A DNA stretch of 63,892 nucleotides, counting the filler, from a bacterium (GTDB taxonomy: Bacteria > JALSQH01), in the NCBI GenBank assembly GCA_026985515.1. It is 6 parts of 6 records of this genome, joined end to end, with 100 filler letters (N's around TTAATTAATTAA, not from the genome) between each part and the next. Parts side by side here need not be neighbours in the genome. Positions count along the whole stretch, not along the records: positions 60,866 to 63,892 come from JALSQH010000267.1; 5 more parts are not named here. One strand, 5' to 3'. The notes beneath the pieces are model-generated. The model searched no databases and had not been told where the DNA came from. It saw only the letters and a list, made by a program, of their open reading frames with translations. Position numbers and translations under genes: made by a program. Below, one piece after another: positions 60,866-63,892 of the stretch (positions are counted from its first letter, which is position 1; each line of letters opens with the position of its first letter).

Positions 60866-61594
60866 TCGCCTTGTGCCACCCTGTTTGATCGCTTCAGTGG
60901 CAGCGTCAAATACCATCATAAAGGGAATGGGACCACTGGAGACTCCCTTGGTCGTTTTAACAACATCATTTTTTGGTCTCAGTCTTGAGAATGAAAAACC
61001 TGTACCTCCTCCAGTCTTGTGAATTAATGCTGTGTATTTTACAGCCTCAAAAATTCCCTCCATTGAATCTTCAATCGGGAGAACGAAACACGCTGATAAC
61101 TGCTGTAACTCCTTTCCTGCATTCATAAGGGTGGGAGAGTTGGGTAAAAAATGCAGGCTTCTCATTATCATGTAGAATCTTTCTGCAACTTCTTCAATGT
61201 TTGCATTTTTATCGTAAAATTTGTCTGCCTGAGCTATATTACGAGCCACTCTCCAGAACATTTCATCAGGTGTTTCCACTACAATACCGTCTTCATTTCT
61301 TGTCAAGTAACGCTTTTCAAGAACTGTTTTTGCATTATCTGTTAAGTCAGCCGGTTCAAGTGTAGAGGGATCAAATTCTTCAAAATATCCGTACTCCTTT
61401 AAAAGAGAATTCAATTCGCTTTTGAATCTCTCTTTTCCCGCTTCTTCAGTAATTCTGTTGAATAATTCCTGCGTGATGATGCCACTCATAATCGGTCCCA
61501 TTTTAAAATTCTTTTGAAGCTCTTTCTGGACCTTTTCCGGGTCCCACTTCTTCCCGCTTTTCATTGCTTCGAGATTATAATTAACTCTCTTCAT
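60866..61594 (-). CDS. nrdJ: Ribonucleotide reductase, most likely class II (B12-dependent), partial
   Basis: [57 protein letters not shown]. Confidence 0.88.
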
Positions 61595-61615
61595 CTCTGA
61601 TTCCTCCTTTTACCC

Positions 61616-61663
61616 ATACAATATTATGTGCTGTTTGAATGAATAATACAAAATATATGGTCA
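61616..61663. promoter_or_regulatory. Tandem NrdR boxes
   Basis: ATACAATATTATGTGC (61616-61631) and ACAAAATATATGGTCA (61648-61663), 32 bp apart, overlapping the promoter TTGACA(61671-61666)-17 nt-TATTAT(61648-61643). Confidence 0.75.
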
Positions 61664-61698
61664 TTTGTCAATACCTGTTACTTATATGCTGAAATCCA

Positions 61699-62751
61699 TC
61701 ATTTTTGCAGCAAGAACCATAATCCAGTGCCAGCGACAAGAAGGAGAAAATTGAGTATGTGGAATATCAGGAGGAATTTTTTTCTTTCCCCGAAAGAGAT
61801 AAATCTGTATCCTATTATATTTGCAAATGAAGCCATAAGAGTACCAAGCCCGCCCAGATTAACTCCTATCAGCAATGCTTTGTAGTTTTTTGTGAAATCC
61901 ACAAGGAGGCATGTTGTTGGAACATTACTGATTACCTGACTTAACCATAGAGAGTGTAGAAAAACCGAGTTGCTGTCTGTGAGGTAAACTGAAACCATTT
62001 TTTTAAGATTATCTGTAAAGCCAAAAAAGGATAAAAAGGTTGCAATCAGAAAATAATCAATTTTGAAAGCCTTAAGGTCATAAAAGAGTAAGATTAGAGG
62101 AATTAGCACAATCAAATAAAAAGGGAGGATTTTGATTACGATAAACAAGAACAGGATAAAAAGGAAAAGAGGTATTATCTCTTTTCCATTGAGTTTCACT
62201 GGTAAAGGGGGAGATGGAGGGGTATTTTGGGGTATAAACAGAGAAATGAGGATTGGAATAAAAGCAAGAGGCAGAAAGAAAGTAGAGGTTATTTTTAAGA
62301 AAACTGTAAGCGTTAGATGATAATGGTAGAAAATGAATATGTTCTGGGGATTACCTACTGGACTTAAAGCTGAAAAGAGATTAGCTGTTATCACCTCAAG
62401 GGTTATGATTAATGGGAGGTACTTCTTTATTCCAGTAATTGTCATGGTAAGGGGAATAATTGTCAGGAGAGCAATATCATTTGTGAAGAAGATGGAGATT
62501 ATTCCTGTCAAAATTAGAATCTTTGGGTACAACCATTTTTTGTTTGTGATTAAGTTTGAGATGTATTTGAAAAAACCTGTGTCTTCAAGAGATTTCAGAA
62601 TAATCATAAGTGCAAAGAGAGTAAGGATAACCTTGAAATCCGATGGAGAGTATTCAGGCAGCCGTTTCTCTAAAATTGAGGTAACTATTAGGCCTGTAAA
62701 AGAACTGAAAAAAAAGATTTCCGAAAAAATAAGAGTTGCAACATCACGCAT
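61699..62751 (-). CDS. ArsB/NhaD/CitMHS (SLC13-like) permease
   Basis: FFTNDIALL, ANLFSALSPVGNPQN, SQVISNVP, GVNLGGLGTLMASFAN; real start ATG 62751 (the ORF extension overlaps msrA). Confidence 0.88.
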   Translation of the reverse strand: MRDVATLIFSEIFFFSSFTGLIVTSILEKRLPEYSPSDFKVILTLFALMIILKSLEDTGFFKYISNLITNKKWLYPKILILTGIISIFFTNDIALLTIIPLTMTITGIKKYLPLIITLEVITANLFSALSPVGNPQNIFIFYHYHLTLTVFLKITSTFFLPLAFIPILISLFIPQNTPPSPPLPVKLNGKEIIPLFLFILFLFIVIKILPFYLIVLIPLILLFYDLKAFKIDYFLIATFLSFFGFTDNLKKMVSVYLTDSNSVFLHSLWLSQVISNVPTTCLLVDFTKNYKALLIGVNLGGLGTLMASFANIIGYRFISFGERKKFLLIFHILNFLLLVAGTGLWFLLQK

Positions 62752-62805
62752 TGCAATTATTTTATTTTCTTCCACAAAAAAGGCAAAAGTTATATAATAA
62801 GTTGC

Positions 62806-63723
62806 ATGAGTAAGGCTCTTTTTGCCGGTGGATGTTTCTGGTGTATGGAATATATTTTTTCGCATGTTAAGGGGGTCAGAAGAGTAATTCCCGGATATAC
62901 AGGAGGTGATCTGGAGAATCCCACTTATGAAGAAGTTTCTACAGGGAAAACGGGCCACTTTGAAGCGATTCTTATAGAATTTGAAGAGTCTGAAATTTCC
63001 TACGAGAGATTGCTGGAAAAATTCTGGAGAAGTATAGATCCCACAAATCCTTATGGGCAATTTCATGACTGGGGTCCACAGTATAGAAGTGCTATTTTCT
63101 ATTATAATGAGTCTCAGAAAAGGCTTGCTGAAGAATCAAAGAGAAGATTAACTCTGTCAGGAATTTTTAGAGGGGAAATTGTAACATTGATTTTGCCTGC
63201 TGGTGAATTTTATCCCGCTGAAGAGTATCACAGAGAATATTATAAGAAATTTCCGCACAGATTTTTCCCATACAAAAAGGCGTCAGGAAGGGAAGAATTT
63301 GTACGCAGTAAATGGAGGAGATATCCTTTCTTTCGCCTGTTTCCTGAGAGGAAAGGTTACTGGAAAGGTTACACTCCTTCTGAATATTATTTTGATGAAA
63401 AATTACCAGAATATGCTTCTTTTGGGGATGGAGAGGGAATTTTTGTTGAAAAATTTTCGGGTGAACCCCTTTTTTCAACATTTGATATAAAAGGTGTGAC
63501 AGAAGATTTTATAATATTTGATAATATGCTTGAAGAATTTTCTTTTAACTTCAAAGAATCAATGATGATTGAAAGCAAAGCGGGTAAATTATTTCTCGGT
63601 TACTTTGAGAAGAATGGCACCGGTGTAAATTTCAAAGTCCTTATAAATTCTCTGAGATTTATCAGCAGAGAAAATCTTACAAGGTATGGATATGTTTACT
63701 ATGAGAAACTCTTCAGGAGATAA
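62806..63723 (+). CDS. msrA: Peptide-methionine (S)-S-oxide reductase MsrA fused to a degenerate MsrB-like domain
   Basis: FAGGCFWC, GYTGG, YEEV, GH.E, QYRSAIFY, FYPAEEYH; C-terminal GIFVEKFSGEPLFS...LRFI...GY without MsrB catalytic motifs. Confidence 0.92.
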   Translation: MSKALFAGGCFWCMEYIFSHVKGVRRVIPGYTGGDLENPTYEEVSTGKTGHFEAILIEFEESEISYERLLEKFWRSIDPTNPYGQFHDWGPQYRSAIFYYNESQKRLAEESKRRLTLSGIFRGEIVTLILPAGEFYPAEEYHREYYKKFPHRFFPYKKASGREEFVRSKWRRYPFFRLFPERKGYWKGYTPSEYYFDEKLPEYASFGDGEGIFVEKFSGEPLFSTFDIKGVTEDFIIFDNMLEEFSFNFKESMMIESKAGKLFLGYFEKNGTGVNFKVLINSLRFISRENLTRYGYVYYEKLFRR

Positions 63724-63726
63724 AAA

Positions 63727-63892
63727 ATGAATAATTTACTCGATCTTATAGGTAACACTCCCATTGTTCAGTTGAAGAACTATCCAGATATATTTGTTAA
63801 GCTTGAAGGCATGAATCCTTTTGGTTCAGTAAAGGACAGGACTGCCCTCTATCTCATAAGAGAGGGAGAAAAAGAGGGGAAACTGGAGTCTG
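63727..63892 (+). CDS. Cysteine synthase family protein (partial, right edge)
   Basis: LIGNTPIV...VKLEGMNPFGSVKDR with the PLP lysine. Confidence 0.9.
   Translation, partial: MNNLLDLIGNTPIVQLKNYPDIFVKLEGMNPFGSVKDRTALYLIREGEKEGKLES

Noticed and set aside
60866-60900. Intein or intron in nrdJ causing the break at QGGTRR
   Set aside because: No splice-junction or endonuclease sequence is visible before the gap.
62752-63066. 105-aa N-terminal extension of the permease ORF
   Set aside because: Antisense to msrA and non-membrane in character; true start is ATG 62751.

Overview
The window is about 40% GC and consists of six sequence segments joined by artificial 100-nt spacers (44 N + TTAATTAATTAA + 44 N) at 6609-6708, 20042-20141, 30396-30495, 54083-54182 and 60766-60865. 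The organism is a diderm bacterium (TonB-dependent receptors, lpxH-like gene). Gene content and synteny (zapA-6S-ygfA-rny-ymdB-tyrS; PEGA/TPR; GGGGGC-CTERM) suggest a Deltaproteobacteria/Myxococcota-like lineage, which is inference only. Most genes are housekeeping: rpsF, tRNA-Phe, rny, tyrS, fadR-etfBA, ktrBA, ribF, aroE, moaC, eno, pcm, an Mrp/Mbh-type antiporter module, nrdJ, msrA. There are also many envelope lipoproteins. The best candidate for an undescribed system is 8775-16209: two paralogous TonB-dependent receptors with N-terminal Ig-like extensions and unusually conserved loop insertions, followed by a Pla-1/VolA-type lipase-fold lipoprotein that has no catalytic histidine. This may be a SusCD-like lipid-capture module built on a pseudo-enzyme. 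Other notable items: a roughly 110-nt 6S-RNA candidate, widespread leaderless gene starts, a Bacillus-type FadR with its operator, a dead MsrB domain fused to MsrA, a truncated nucleotidyltransferase toxin-antitoxin remnant, a sigma-54 promoter and tandem NrdR boxes. No CRISPR array, rRNA, integrase or transposase was seen. All family assignments come from motif recognition, not database searches.
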